Shown here: positions 14,116-27,579 of the stretch, piece after piece | How the letters are laid out: each line of letters begins with the position of its first letter | Position numbering within the stretch: the stretch's first letter is position 1 | Assembly: GCA_040954595.2 (NCBI GenBank) | Contig: CM082583.2 | Coordinates: 2,675,060-2,739,059, forward strand | DNA length: 64,000 bases | DNA from: Balanoglossus misakiensis | Lineage: Eukaryota > Animalia > Hemichordata | Direction of reading: 5' to 3' | Notes under the pieces: model-generated | Seen by the model: only the letters and a program-made list of their open reading frames with translations | What the model was told of the DNA's origin: nothing | The model's database searches: none | Made by a program: the position numbers and the translations under genes

Positions 14116-14614
14116 CAGTGGTTGTGTCCACGTTGGCGCTGCGTACAATACTTCCGCATTAGCTAATTAATATTAATATGTACTATTGCGCATGCGCTTT
14201 CCGCGAAGAAACGATATCTAATTTTAGATTGAATACGAACTGCTAATGGCTTTCCAAAAACATATTATCACATGAATTTGCCCATATCACCACCTGTGTG
14301 ACGTAGACGAGGACAAATGAAAAATCCAGAATCCCCTGTTCTACGTCATCAACCAGAACTATTTCCACCGATTCGCCGATCACCGTAAACTTTGTACAGA
14401 AAATGTTACAAGTACGTGAACCTGCGTTTACAGTACAGAAATGAAATAAAAAATGACGTTTCCCAGACAATATCGCCTGGTAAATTCAATAAGAGAAAGG
14501 TGAAATTTGGAAAGAAGACAGTCGACACAATGATCCTTGATGTGTTTGCAGCTGTAGGCCAGTCAGGTCCCGAGCGAGTAAGCCAAACATATTATTCCGG
14601 AAATGGTTTCAAGC

Positions 14615-15720
14615 CTGAAACTCTATATTCCACCGGTCATCTAAATGTATAAGACGTGGAAACAAGTCACGGTAAAATTGTTAGAGAATCGATAACATGT
14701 GTGTAAGGTCCCAGGCTGAGTTTCTATCGCAACGATCGTTTGTATTTCTTGACCTGGCCGACGCAGCAAATGCAAAAGTGGACTCCCCCTGTCACCCAAT
14801 TCCATAAAGGATGACCTCACCCATGAACCCAACGGCCCCCTGGCCGGAGAAACTGACCAGTCCCTTAGACTTATTTTTAAATTCCTGTCACATTAATGGT
14901 TTCGGGATACATTGAACTGGAATTCGGTTTGTTTTTATACATTTTTAACATGAAGTATGTAATTGTCCTAATAAAAATACAACTGGCGGTATGGCTTCGC
15001 TAGGACGCTGTGTTGACACAGGGACGGCGAGGCGATGATTGACAGGCCAAATTCTGGTCAATGTTACTAACTCAGCGAATCTGACCGGTAGTCATGACGC
15101 AAAGGGTATAAACTTTCAATTTTATGAATGAACATCAATTCCATTATTTGCATATCTATAAGAAGACTGTTCATGTGATAAATCTGTAATCTCACGATGT
15201 TTGATTAACGTGTGTTTGTATAGTTGTTTATTTGGTAGTGGTCGTGGTGCATAATGACTGTGTAATTGCTCTCATGTACACAGAAAATAATTGAACACTT
15301 TACACTTCCACGCGATCGACAGCTGTTTGAATGGCGTAGTTATTGTTTCCCAGGGACGCTTCTGAAAAGCACTGAAACCAGATTTCTCCCAAAATCATCG
15401 TTGTTTCAAAAGCTCGTGTACTTTTTCGTTGATAACTTTATGTTGTGTGTGTTTATAAAGCCAACTACTGTCGTTGTGTGGTGTAATTCTTTACGCTTGG
15501 ACCTGTTTTGGCCGATTTTCATAGAGCCAAGATCGTTGTTGTTGTCTGTTGTCAGTCAAACGGCATTAAGATTCGCCACTGATTTGGGGGGCCTTTTATA
15601 CCCCGCACCGCGGGGTTAACGTCATCGTATACAGTACTCGTGAGTTTCGCGGAGGCGTACAACTACTCGCCTACAGCTCGAAGTTGCACTGCTCCGCGAA
15701 AACCTCTCGTATATGTTAAC
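14615..15720 (+). repeat. Dispersed repeat, second diverged copy at about 36355-37030
   Basis: Three colinear shared blocks (CTCTATATTCCACCGG..GTATAAGACGTGG..GTTAGAGAATCGAT; CTGTCACAT..GGGATACAT; CAGCTCGA.GTTGCACTGCTC.GCGAAAACC). Confidence 0.75.
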
Positions 15721-17987
15721 GTAGCCATAGATATCATGGGATTATATATTATTATCAAGTTAAACCTCTAATAGTACGTGTAAATGTGAACATAATAAAT
15801 AATGCATGCCGCATCCGTTTATTCAGCCTCCAGTAGGAGAAGTATATTAAACCGTGGTCGGCGTACATGCGCATTAGAATGTTCACAAAATTCAAATGTC
15901 ATCCGTCGGCTAAGAATAAGGATACGATTTAAGGAGTTTATCTTCAAACTATGCATGAAAACGCTTCAGCGCACGGCGCTTTCAAATGAGTTCTCAATTA
16001 TTTCACATTTTAGCTTTACATCAAATTTCAAAACATTATGCTGAATTTGCCATATATTTCTACACTTGTTCTTGTTTACCTAATTTGATTTGTGATCTGA
16101 TAGTGTTTAAAATCAGAAATTACCCGTCGGGTTTCTGAGTTCCCGGTAATACCCAAATTTACTTCTTAATGGGTTTAGGTATGAGAGGGTTAAAACCAAA
16201 GATATAGCTTGTGAACGTTTACAGCAGAGTGAATATAGTTATCAATACAACGAAGGGTGTGCCCGTTTACAATTCCTGCTTGGCATAATATCGCTAATCA
16301 GACACTTTTATGTGAATGATTACCGATGTCGCATGGAATACGTTCGATAATCAACCACTGGATAATTTATTTTTACATTGGAGTTTAAGCTTATTAGCCA
16401 TGTATTTTATAACAATCCACTGATAATTTTCTCAAATTAACTATATCCCTTGAAATTATATTACTCTCTATAAAAGTGTCCCTGATATATCGTTTTTCTG
16501 GCACTATTTATCGCTTATGAAAATTATTTTCAATAGAAAGAACATAATGGAAAGATTAATAACTATCTATTCAACAACAGACTGACTTGGCTGGCTTCGT
16601 AATTTTAGACAGTTCAATATGATAGAGACTATACGACTTTGTCTCTGCAATCGCCCAATCAGTATAAAACATTATTCATTCAGGAACCCCGTCAGACAAA
16701 GTACATGTACTAATGAATTTTACCTGGCAAATATTAACTGTCCTGTATCATACCGACTACTTTTCACAAATTTCGGAAATATATTATTGTTGATATATTC
16801 GCTTAGAAAACAAAATTAATTGAATTTATCCACCATCGCTGACGTTCTCATTTTGATTTCTGAAAGATCATACAGGGTTAAATGGTCTCAACATTTTTGG
16901 CTGACGTTTTCAAACGCTTCCAGATAAATTTACATTCAAGTCACGATTTCAACCGACAATCACTATGGTCTCGTCTGAAGTTCATCCCGCTGTTTCATCT
17001 TTAATTCTCGCCACGCATTACAATGATGGAAATTTATGACAAAAGCAATTGATTTGGTAACCAATAATAAAAGTGTTCTTATGACATTTACAGTGGGTAA
17101 CTATTAACTTTAAATTTGACATGAGTTTGAGGTTCTTATGCTCGATGGCAGTGTCTTTTTTGCACTGAAAGTTTGGCGCTGTGAATTTTCGATCCTTGCA
17201 ATTGCCTTGATGCGCCGTTGTCTGACTTGGACGCTGTGTCCCCTTATACATGTAGGCATTTTTAAAACTACAGGCAGACATTAGAACAGCCCTGTGACAG
17301 TGTTAAATAAGTACAGATCCTGAGAAACAACGTCTGTTTCATGGATTGTGAATTAGAGTCTCAAGATTGGGTATATGTTTAAAGCGAAGAAAATGTAACG
17401 TAAAAAATACAAGGTCCAGTGGTACCTAGGGCATAGTAAATCGGGCTTTAAAACGACAGCCATGCAGTTTTGAGCAGTTATCTAATAGTGCAGACACTGA
17501 AGTAATAGTTCAGCACTGAACATTGGATAGCTTAGCTTAGACCTGGAAACAACAGTTTGGGAAAATATATGACGTAAAGTATAAGATGTCGGACAACGGT
17601 GGAAAGATCGGCGACGGCAAGTGTTTTACTCCTCTTCTACATATTTTAATCAAATGGAATGGAATAACGCATCGCATTCAAAGAGGTCGATAGGTCGTCC
17701 GGGATTTTAGTCCAGCCTGCAATAATGCCAACGAGAGTTGTCATTCTCTGGTCGATTGCATAGTTACACCGTATGCATTTCTGTACTAACATCTGCGCGA
17801 AATCCACAAGGCTGGCTTGATTTGTAAGAAGGTGAACTGTCTTAGGTAAAGTTTAGTAAAGTTTATAAAACATGAATAATAGCACCAACGTTGCAACGGG
17901 TGGCCTAGTGCAGCGACATATTATGTCAGCCGAGGGAAAACTATCGCTTTGCATTGACTTCTCTCATTTTTTCTCTGACAAATGCAG

Positions 17988-18526
17988 ATTCCGGTGACAA
18001 GAAAAAGAAACATGAGGGAGGTGTTACTTTGAGACGCACTGGTACCAATACCATATCCAGGGCAAAGATTAAGACGGTGAAGTTAAGTGCAATGATCATT
18101 TTCGCATTCATTGCTTGCTGGACTCCATATGCTACAATTACCATGGTGTTACATTTCAAAAAGAATGCCTGGAATTACATCAACACATTTGTACTAGATA
18201 TACTATTCGTCTGCGCCCTGTCCAACGCATGCGTGGATCCCATTGTATACGGCATCTTCACCATTAACTTCAGACGTGAGTTCAACCGTTGTTGTTGTTG
18301 CCTCAAAGGACAAGATACGGGAAGGACCGGCTATTCCAGCAACGGCTCTCGTTGTCCCACGTCAAGAACCTTTACTACGTCATTCAGACCAACCACATGG
18401 CAAGGACGAGATGGGGTACGCATGACCGGTGCAAATGTATCAAACAAACCAAGCAGGACAACTAATCGCCACGTGATATACTACCCAGCCAATACCAGGG
18501 AAGAGAACGATTCATCGGATGTATGA
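17988..18526 (+). CDS. GNRHR: GnRH-type receptor, coding exon 3 (ICL3-TM6-TM7-C tail)
   Basis: TGCAG acceptor ending 17987; phase 1 restores the frame. ISRAKIKTVK, CWTPY, NACVDPIVY, helix 8 FRREF, CCCC, TGA ending 18526. Joined CDS 639+205+539=1383 nt = 460 aa. Confidence 0.92.
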
Positions 18527-19937
18527 AGTTCTTGCCAAAGTTCACTTCAACGAATGTTTGACGATACCCAATGAAAGGCAGAAATGATTAACTGAACTTG
18601 AATCTTCAACTCTTTTAGAGATTTGCTCTATGAACTGTAAACAATTACTAGTATACGACAGCGTTTGTGGGGAGCAAATAGTTTCCCAACGCAAACGAAG
18701 TCAAAGCGTAGTTTACCGTCCAAAGTACCAAGACACTTGCTTTGATCAAAATTCACTTTAAGACGTGCCTACATCTCTTACTGGAATTATTCTGTAAGAT
18801 CATGTGTTAAACGCCAAGTTATGTGCCGTGATTAAACCGAGCAAATTTAACAGTTCCTAAAATTGTGAAATGTTAAACTCCATTCAACTCTACTAATGTT
18901 GCGGCATCATTATTTCGGTCTTTGAACAAGCCGAGGATATTATTATTTGTGACAGATTTTAACTTAGCGCAATTTTATCGATTCCGTTAATATGCCGAAG
19001 GTCGGATAGCGATAATCGTGTTAAAACACACCGCCCAGTTGAAGTGTACTTTAAGTGTGTTTCCTTCAAATGTCTACATTTTTCACAATGATGGTGTTCA
19101 TTCTCACTGGATTTGTAATTACTGTAATTTACTTTCTCGACATGTATACTATGTTAATATAACTAGTCCATTTAGAAACTGTTGCAATCAACCCAATACT
19201 TATGTGGTGTAGGTATGTAAATGGTGGAAGTCATTGCCCACTAACATTTCAGCATTTTAAACAGAAGTGGTTGGTATTTTATGAGTATGTATTTAGGAAA
19301 AAGATGTTTGAACACATATCCAGACAGTTTGGATAGAAATGGCGCGAATATGGTAATGCTGCAAGCGAAATAGTTTCAGAGACATATAGGCAAATTGGTG
19401 TATATCTTTACAAGTTTGAAGACCGCTAAGTTATTGCAAAACGCATTTTTTCGACAGAGGTGCATGTTCGTCGATTATATTGTAAAATACATGTTATATT
19501 GCAATGACATTATATCTAAACGCTGTAAATTTGCCAGATTGTTTGGATTTTATATATACGCCTGTGCTGTTCGGAATGTCATCCGCCGAGGCTTTGCCAA
19601 TTATCTCTACAAAATGGATTTGTGTTACAAAACTATTGATAGTCTTAATGCATTATTGACATTGCGCGCGCACGTATGTGTGTGAGTATGTCGATGGCGA
19701 GAACACCGTATTTCCAGATAAAGTTTTCAATTTCATGGTTCACAAGTCTTAATATATTCAATATTTCCTTGATGGGATATCGTTGCAACGTTAGCACAAA
19801 TATCACTTCACGGTAGTTTAAAAAGCATCAAGCTATTGATTGCAGTGGTGACTTATCGGTGATCATGAGTGATGTGTGTTTGCACTCACTATGGCGATTA
19901 TTACCACTTTTTTCGTGTAGTTGGGTGATTGTTCTAA

Positions 19938-20881
19938 GGTAGTGGACTACCTACATGGACGATGCAGTGCATGGTTATCACATTCCATAGCCTTGCAAGT
20001 AGATTTTTGAGAAAACAGTGTTGCAATATTGTAATTTTCTTGAATGTTTCACAAAAAGGTGCCAAAAGAGGAGTGTACATTATCAGTCACAAAATTCACT
20101 GGTATTGATAAAGCTATAATATATTATATTATATTATATCATGCTACCGTCCGCCATTCTGATTGGATGAGAGCTCAATCCAGCGATGCTAAAATACTTA
20201 TATAGCACTGCTAAAACGGGCCCCTGAACCAGCATGCGGCATCAAAATGTGCGGTTGAACCACAGTCACTTGTATTTAAACCAAATAAATAAAATAAAAA
20301 TACCGTTGAATTAACGGACGTTTTGTTTTGGAAATGCTCTGTGGAAAAATTTGTCACTTTGCTACGCGCGATGCCCGTCTTGTCACATTTTGTCGCCTGC
20401 TTCATGTTTAATGCTCAATCCCAGCCGCTCGTGTTTACATTCATCGTCGCCATGTTGGCTCACGATCGTAATTTCTCTTTCTGACGCCGTTTCGGTAAGA
20501 AAATGACACTGATATGCCACAAAAACAATTGTTGATACAATATAATAGCAATGACGGCTCGTGCCATATGTCTCGAATTGTACCCAAATCGAGTGTATAC
20601 CCGACTGAAGCGGGGGTTATTGCTTAAATAAATGATATAAAGAAAACGCCGTGTCACCATGCATGCTTTATGTTTTGATAGAGCTGTTCTGATATTTTCA
20701 CCATAGTAAAAAACATAGCATTTAGGAGCGCGAGAAAAGTACTGACTCAGAATTTTTCACAATATTTTACACCCACCAACTGAAAACGTAGGATGGGAAC
20801 ACATGTTTTCCCCTCATTTTGTTCAAATAATGTATAAATCAGCAACATAACAATGTTTTCAATTTGGAGTAGACCACTACC
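19938..20881. mobile_element. TTAA-type MITE (Kolobok-like) containing a nested repeat
   Basis: TIR GGTAGTGG(A/T)CTAC; TTAA on the right (20882-20885), CTAA on the left. Internal segment about 20110-20630 ends in TTATTGCTTAA, resembling non-autonomous Crypton-like repeats. Confidence 0.6.
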
Positions 20882-20894
20882 TTAAATGACCTTA

Positions 20895-21480
20895 TGTTAG
20901 CTCCACTGTCAACGACGCCGAGCTTATCAGAAAGGTGCATTGTCCGTTATCGTCCGTCCGTCTGTCAACAGCTTTGAACTTTGGTCTGCAGGTCATTGGG
21001 GAGGAGTCGGGGAAGGGGGGTTAAACTTGATCAAATTGTGACATAGTAACACAATCAGCTTCTGCTTTAATATTTGGTGCGCATGTCCATTGGGGTAATC
21101 TAAGTTAGAGTTGTTCTATTATGACTGCAATATTGTATTTCGGGGGAAATATTTGCGGTTTTGGTCAAAACGCTTCTTCTCAGAATATGCTTCTTCGATT
21201 GCTTTGAAATTTCATTAACAAGGCCGGGCCTCAGGAGGCTCCAAGTCAAATTGTGATGAAATTTGAAATAAAGTATGGGGCAATGCTCTTTTAATTTTTG
21301 TAAAATAATCGCGAATCGTCTTCTAAGAATCCATGAGTCGAGTTGTTTTTAACTTTGGTGTGCAGGTCCCTTCGGTTGTTCTAAATTTGAAATATTGTTT
21401 TTTAGCGCAATTGTGCCATTTTGGTCAAAAATCTGATAACGCTGAACATGGCATTCGTTGATCATGAGCTTGTCGGGTCT
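20895..21480 (+). mobile_element. Degenerate HINE/DINE-1-like non-autonomous Helentron derivative
   Basis: TTAGCTC..GAGCT subterminal hairpin, then CGTCCGTCCGTCTGT microsatellite and decayed AAAA..CTTCTTCTC..GAAATTT units. Confidence 0.55.
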
Positions 21481-22029
21481 CAGGAGAAGTGTATAATTTC
21501 TTCCGTCTGAAGCAGTTATCTGTTTTGTAGGCAAACCATCGCAGCGGATCTGTATCGGTTGCTAGTTGGCTTGTTGTTCTTCAGTCTTCAGTTGACAACT
21601 GAGATCCGGAGTGGGGCTTGGGAGGTTGGGTAATGTCCGAGGGCCTAACTGTCATTTGGTAACCGTTATTAGTCAGACATGTCGCAATGGCATTTAGGAG
21701 AGTGGTCATATTGACAATGTTTCACGGCGAATACGAGAAGCTTTGTTATGAGCCATTTCGTTACATTTTACAACTCACGTTTGTCTGATCTGATTACTCT
21801 GAGTACAGGTATGGTAAAAAAATAACTGACAGCACCATAAATCAAATTATCGTTCAGTAGTCGTCTTTGTCCTTTGCCACGCGCAATCGATAATCCCTGC
21901 AGTATCTTAAAGGCCTTGCTCAACATTTGGTCAAATCTTTTTTTTCCCAATAAACAGTTACGTGCTAACACAAAGGCTTTCTTGTTTGCCTTCATTGTTC
22001 TGCCCTGGGATCGAGAAAATGGCCTTTAA

Positions 22030-22375
22030 AGGGACAAAGTCTCTCTCTCGCTGCCCTTTTTCCATTAATTATGTTTGATACAAGACACCGTTTGTTATTC
22101 TACATGTGGATATATAGTGAATGAACGTTCAACCACACACAACTTCCATCCCTCTTATAGACAGGAGAGTGAAAAAACTCGCCAAAATGAATAATCGTTC
22201 TTTACCATTTATTCATTTGGGGCGAGTTTTTACTCTCATATCATACAAGTGGGATGGAAGTTTTGTGTGGTTGATCATTGATTCACTATATATCCACATT
22301 TACATTAACATAACCAGTGTCTTGTATCAAACATAATTAATGAAAAAGGGGCAGCTGGAGAGAGACTTTGTCCCT
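22030..22375. mobile_element. Kolobok-like MITE family A, copy 1
   Basis: TTAA|AGGGACAAAGTCTCTCTC...GAGAGAGACTTTGTCCCT|TTAA; long imperfect TIRs make the element a foldback. Confidence 0.88.
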
Positions 22376-22698
22376 TTAAGGAAAGTGGGGAAGTGAAACA
22401 TTTGCAAGAAGATTTTATACTTCATACTCTAAACATTACCAAAATGAATAATCGTTCTTTACCATTTATTCATTTGGGGCGAGTTTTTACTCTCATATCA
22501 TACAAGTGGGATGGAAGTTTTGTGTGGTTGATCATTGATTCACTATATATCCACATTTACATTAACATAACCAGTGTCTTGTATCAAACATAATTAATGA
22601 AAAAGGGGCAGCTGGAGAGAGACTTTGTCCCTTTAAGGAAAGTGGGGAAGTGAAACATTTGCAAGAAGATTTTATACTTCATACTCTAAACATTACCA
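22182..22698. repeat. 257-bp direct tandem duplication (MITE right half plus flank)
   Basis: 22182-22441 repeated at 22439-22698 with CCA microhomology; explains the duplicated short ORFs in the track. Confidence 0.93.
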
Positions 22699-23083
22699 TG
22701 GCGGTAACCCTTCGTATAGATATAATTGTTCCCCCCAACACCATTAAGAAGATAAATCAATTTGAAAAAGTGTTTCCATATATATTTATTTGTCATGACT
22801 ACTGTGAACGACATTTTCTGCCAATAATATCTTTATTATGTGCTTGCAGGATTGCAACGCGTGAAAATATTAAATTTGACAGAAAGAAACATTAAGAAGT
22901 CAATTGCCCATGACAGAATTTCATTTACTATTCGTATATCCATAGGGCCATTTACTGGCAAAATGGTTTCTTTCTGATTTGATTCAAGGACGTTGTCCTG
23001 TGTTTTTGACTTTAAAAAAGTATATTCATACGGCGCGTTCCTCATTGATAGACAACGCAGCACGCGCCACATTACTAGTTTAA

Positions 23084-23266
23084 AGATATACGGTCACCCA
23101 TTGAAAATTAGCTATAGTTACCATGGCAAAATGAGATCTAGCCAATCACAGATTTTCAGTGGGTGGCACACGCAAAAAAAGAGCGCCACCATATGTTTTT
23201 AGAACGCTCAAATACGCTATTTCAGCCATATATGGGCGTATGTAAATTGGAGGTGACTGTATACCT
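23084..23266. mobile_element. Short TTAA-type MITE (Kolobok-like)
   Basis: TTAA|AGATATACGGTCACC...GGTGACTGTATACCT|TTAA. Confidence 0.75.
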
Positions 23267-24739
23267 TTAACTGCCCTCCGTTGAACGTGATTCTATAACC
23301 AGGGGAGGACCTTGACGACTTCAATTATAACCTATTAAAGTATACATGTTGTATTTGGTTTCATTTCTTTCTCTGTATTCTGCATTGAGAAAGACTGTCC
23401 AATTTGCGTGCTGTGATTAGGGAAGATTTGTTTGAAAAAAAATTATCTGGGCCATTTTCGCACGCCAGTTGTCACCAGAGTAATGATTTACTCTTGAATA
23501 TTATACATGTATTTTAACAATCCGTCTCTGTTAATAGTCAGTAGTAATGAAAACTTGCATTATGAACAATGTTCATCATGCTTATGAAAGTCGTTTGCTA
23601 CCATAGAGATTTTAATAACTTTTATGTGTTTTACCTGACAATCTAATGTTTAAATTTATCCTATGATATTATAATAGTTGTGTTAACATGAAATGTAATA
23701 CCATTATTGGCACATCAGTGAAAACGATTTTGTTTTCTGTGTACACACTTATTAAACATGCACCATATATTCACAACCAGCAGTTAATGTTGTTTGTTAA
23801 TTTGTTTGATTGTCTAGCAATGATCGCGATCAGTATAAAACTCAAATCAGATTGAAATGAATACAATGCTGACAGGTTTCATTTATAACAATACCTTATA
23901 TAAAGGAACATACGGACAGACAAAGACATCAGAGCAGACAGAGAATTGAAGGACAAAACGGTGAGGATGTAGAGAACGGGAGGTATTTAGTCTGGCAGAG
24001 ACCCTGAGATTCCCTGAAATTCGCGCGCTTCCTTCAGATAATTTGTTCAGTGTGGGAAGTGATTGCTTTAAGATTTTCTCAGTGAGAATGTGATGTCTAC
24101 GCATGACTGCAGTACTGAAGATTGACAAATCTGACATTTGATGAAATTTTCTAGAGATACAAATCTTACAGATGTACAGCTGTGCTTAGACTCAGAGACA
24201 TTTGACAGTTTCTTGTCATTTAATTCCTGAAAAAGTGACCGTTACCGCTTACTGTGTACAGTTCTGCTAAGGTATCCGTACACTTAAACTGGACTATTTG
24301 CCGCGAGAGGGCGCTCTCGCGGGCTGACTCGTCAAAACCGCATGCAGTGAACTTAGTTTTATGTAGTGTAGTTTAGAAAGAGTTGACTAGAAAAATACAA
24401 ATACTACACTGCACAATTATCTAAATTCCCTCTGACCCAAACAGACGAGACACTCTTTCAATACAAACGTGAATAAAGTTACACTCTATTCAAAATTTTA
24501 ACATCAAATTCTTTAATTAATTCATTTAATAGAACTATTAGATACTATGCATTTCTAGGTTTGGTTGTCAAATGTTTTTCCCCAAACTTATCTATTCTGT
24601 CAATACTACAAGGTCAAACATTAATCTCTGTTTGAAATCCCGAAGACTCAGCACTGGCCTCTCAACGTTTACAATGTTGTTTTACAGAAAATACATAATT
24701 CTTGGTTACTGTTTTTATAAAACCATCTCCGAATCACTG

Positions 24740-25720
24740 CCATTCCTGGGAATGAAAAGCTGAAATTCGCCTTGTATCTTCTGACGGCGTTCTCGGGATT
24801 TTGAAGTTTTGCGTGAAGTTGGTCATCAGTAGTAATTTCTTCTGCTGCATTCTCACCTGATGCGTGTTGTCTCCCATTCGATGGTTTGTTGTTTGCTGTT
24901 GGTTTGGTAGTAGCCACCCTACAACTGTCCATATCCTTATTCAATTTGCTTATCTTTGCGTTGACTTCTCTTACGCTTTTCCTTGTTTTTTATTTGTATG
25001 GCGCGAATGTCCACCCTTACTTTCTTGAATGTTTTTAAGAAATCCTGGCATTGAGAAGTCACTTTCCTCCAGTTCATCAAGATTTTCTAAACGAGCAGTA
25101 ACACTCTCCTTTAGTCCGGCGAATTCTTCGCAATATCGGTTTGTAGTTCGACCACTTTTTCCACGGTGTCAACAACCTCGGCCTGCAGTCTAACTAGTCG
25201 GTCATCGATAGATGTGATCTTTGCGATGACCTCGTGAGGGTAATTGATGATGTGAATGGATCCTATCGAACCAGAAAGCGACAAAACTGCGACAGCGAGT
25301 AACGATAGCAACAAAGAGTTCGACGATCATCTGGCACACGGCGAAAGCAGAGCCAATAAGTGGAAGGCTTGAAACAAAACATCCGATTCCTAACACGAGT
25401 TCCCTTCCTACCGGTACAGCTGCACCAGAATTCGGATTGTCTGGTAGAATTTCCCTTCCATAAATCAATTGTTTCAAGATCCAGATCGGTATGTATACAG
25501 GCATGAACACGAAGAAGACGGTCCACATAACAAAGGTGACATAGGCATTCCAAGCATCTTTGAGGACGCCATGAACGTTCCGCCAAAATGCAACAATCGA
25601 AAAGTAATAGTGTTCACAAATTCTCAAAAATGTGCCGATGACTGGTAAGACAGACAGTACACTGTATACGATACTTACACAGTGTGTCACCAGTGATATC
25701 ATCAGAGTTGTTATTGCCAT
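24740..25720 (-). pseudogene. Frameshifted intronless ORF of unknown family (hydrophobic N-terminal helices plus coiled coil)
   Basis: ATG at 25720; protein-like frames 25202..25720, 25111..25314, about 24975..25130 (EEFAGLKESVTARLENLDELEE) and 24669..24970 join through at least 3 frameshifts; CpG-rich region upstream. Confidence 0.5.
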
Positions 25721-27579
25721 TTTGATTAGTTTTCAATCGTAGTGATACAAAATATATTGTTCGAATTGAAAGGTTAAAAGAATGCTGCTTGACATCGAAC
25801 GCTCACGCGAGAGTTCAAGAGAGGTTTAGTTACGCGATCAGTACGCAGAATTCGCTGAACACTGCGTCTCACGTGACTTGGCAAAAAGACGCGTCACGAA
25901 GATAGGGTACCAGCCAACGTCAAGATAGTAAATATTATAATATGCTTGGTGTGAATCTAGCTCGCTGATTGGCTGGAGCCGGGGTTTATATTCTCGATTT
26001 TGTTGTATTTACTGTCCGTTTGTGGTAACATATCGTCCAGTTGAACAGGTGTTAAGCCTATGTGTCGCTTTGAAGCCATAGATGCGGGAGTTGACTGATC
26101 GTGGAGGAAGCCATTGAACGACAGTTTGGAACGCGCAGAAGTCGCGCGCAGAACACAAAACAACGCAGCGGGCAATATCAGCGCACGCGACAGGGCTTTA
26201 TCAACTCTAGCCATGTTATATCACTTTTTTTTCTATATCACGTGAGCGCGTCTCAGCCAATCACGAATATGGTATAATACGTGAGGTGTAATAAACGCAG
26301 ATAAAGATCGTCCGCCATTTTGTAATGTGTTATAATTAGTTTTTTGACACTCCGGTAGTGGGCTAATGCGCATGTCTGTTGTAAAACTTACGTACATTTG
26401 TGTCAGTAGTTGTATTGATTTTAGCTTCACTTTCATCATAAACTGTTGTTTTTTTAAAAATATGTATATTCGGGAAAAGTAAAAATGAATGTCAAGAAAC
26501 GCGACAGATTGAATGTAGCCCGGAAGTTATAGAACGTTCATTTATTAGCCAATCAAATTCTACAATTCTAAATAGGGCGGTGTGTGTGTTTACCTGCCTC
26601 TTTGGTGCAGGGGTCTTTGGTGTTTGTCACCGAGGCAGGGTACCGGCCAATACGCAGAACGTCTTTATCACGTGATAACCATAAACTGCACGTGCGTACG
26701 TGTGTATACGCGTAATCATTTGCATGAAATGTAAAATATGCGCGACCGCCGTTATTGTCTTCTGAATAATACTGCCGAAACTTTGGTTTTTTAATAAATA
26801 TCATTCAGAAGACAGGAACTGCGCTGCGGTCGAGCTTATTTTAAATGTTACACTTTGTTATGCGTCCGATGTGCTCCCACCTACCGCTGAAAACTTCGAT
26901 AATTGTAGTTGGACTGACTATCCTATACCATTTGTATGTGTTAAACAACTTTTTCCGAAATTTGTTGATATTTTCTCTTAATTTGGGCGATCGATTTCTG
27001 AAAGTGCAATTGTGACGTCGCCAGCATCAATGTTATATGAATAATGTCTGTCGTATGTGTCAAAACCAGCAATATCTGTTGTTTTCCAAACATTATTTCC
27101 GGTCTACGTTTTCAGCGGGCGCCTTGTCAAAGGCATTGGGAAACGTCACTAAAATATTTCCACGGCAGCCAAACAACTTATGACAAGGGTGGTGATCTTA
27201 GATGTAGATCTCAGACTACGCGTCAACTACATCTTTGTAGCACAGGAGAACGTGTCATGGCGCATGTGAGAAATGATAGGAGATTTTTAAATTTGATTGC
27301 GTCCAGAAATTGTAATTTTAACGATGATAAACGACATTTTGTTTTATTTCCCTCTGTATAGGTATTTATTTCCCGAGACCTTGTCACCATGTACATCCCA
27401 TCCAATGAATGTAATGTAATGTTTACTTTTTTCACCATAACTTTGCATAGTGTCCCACGAGGACAAATATACATACAAATGCGATGTTCTAAAATGGTGT
27501 GGACCATGAAAATAGTTCTTCTGAGCTAATCCTAATTCATGGCCTATGAAATTGTTATAAACTACTGTGACAACGATAC

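Noticed and set aside
14132-14143. TGGCGCTGCGT as a primer-binding site after the putative LTR
   Set aside because: It follows what appears to be a 3' LTR, is offset from the CA end, and no internal retroelement sequence follows.
17509-17531. Split RE1/NRSE-like motif TTCAGCACT-N7-GGATAGC in receptor intron 2
   Set aside because: Both halves mismatch the consensus, and the presence of REST in this lineage cannot be established from the window.
22121-22895. Three similar short ORFs suggesting a gene family
   Set aside because: They are chance frames in a MITE and its 257-bp tandem duplication.
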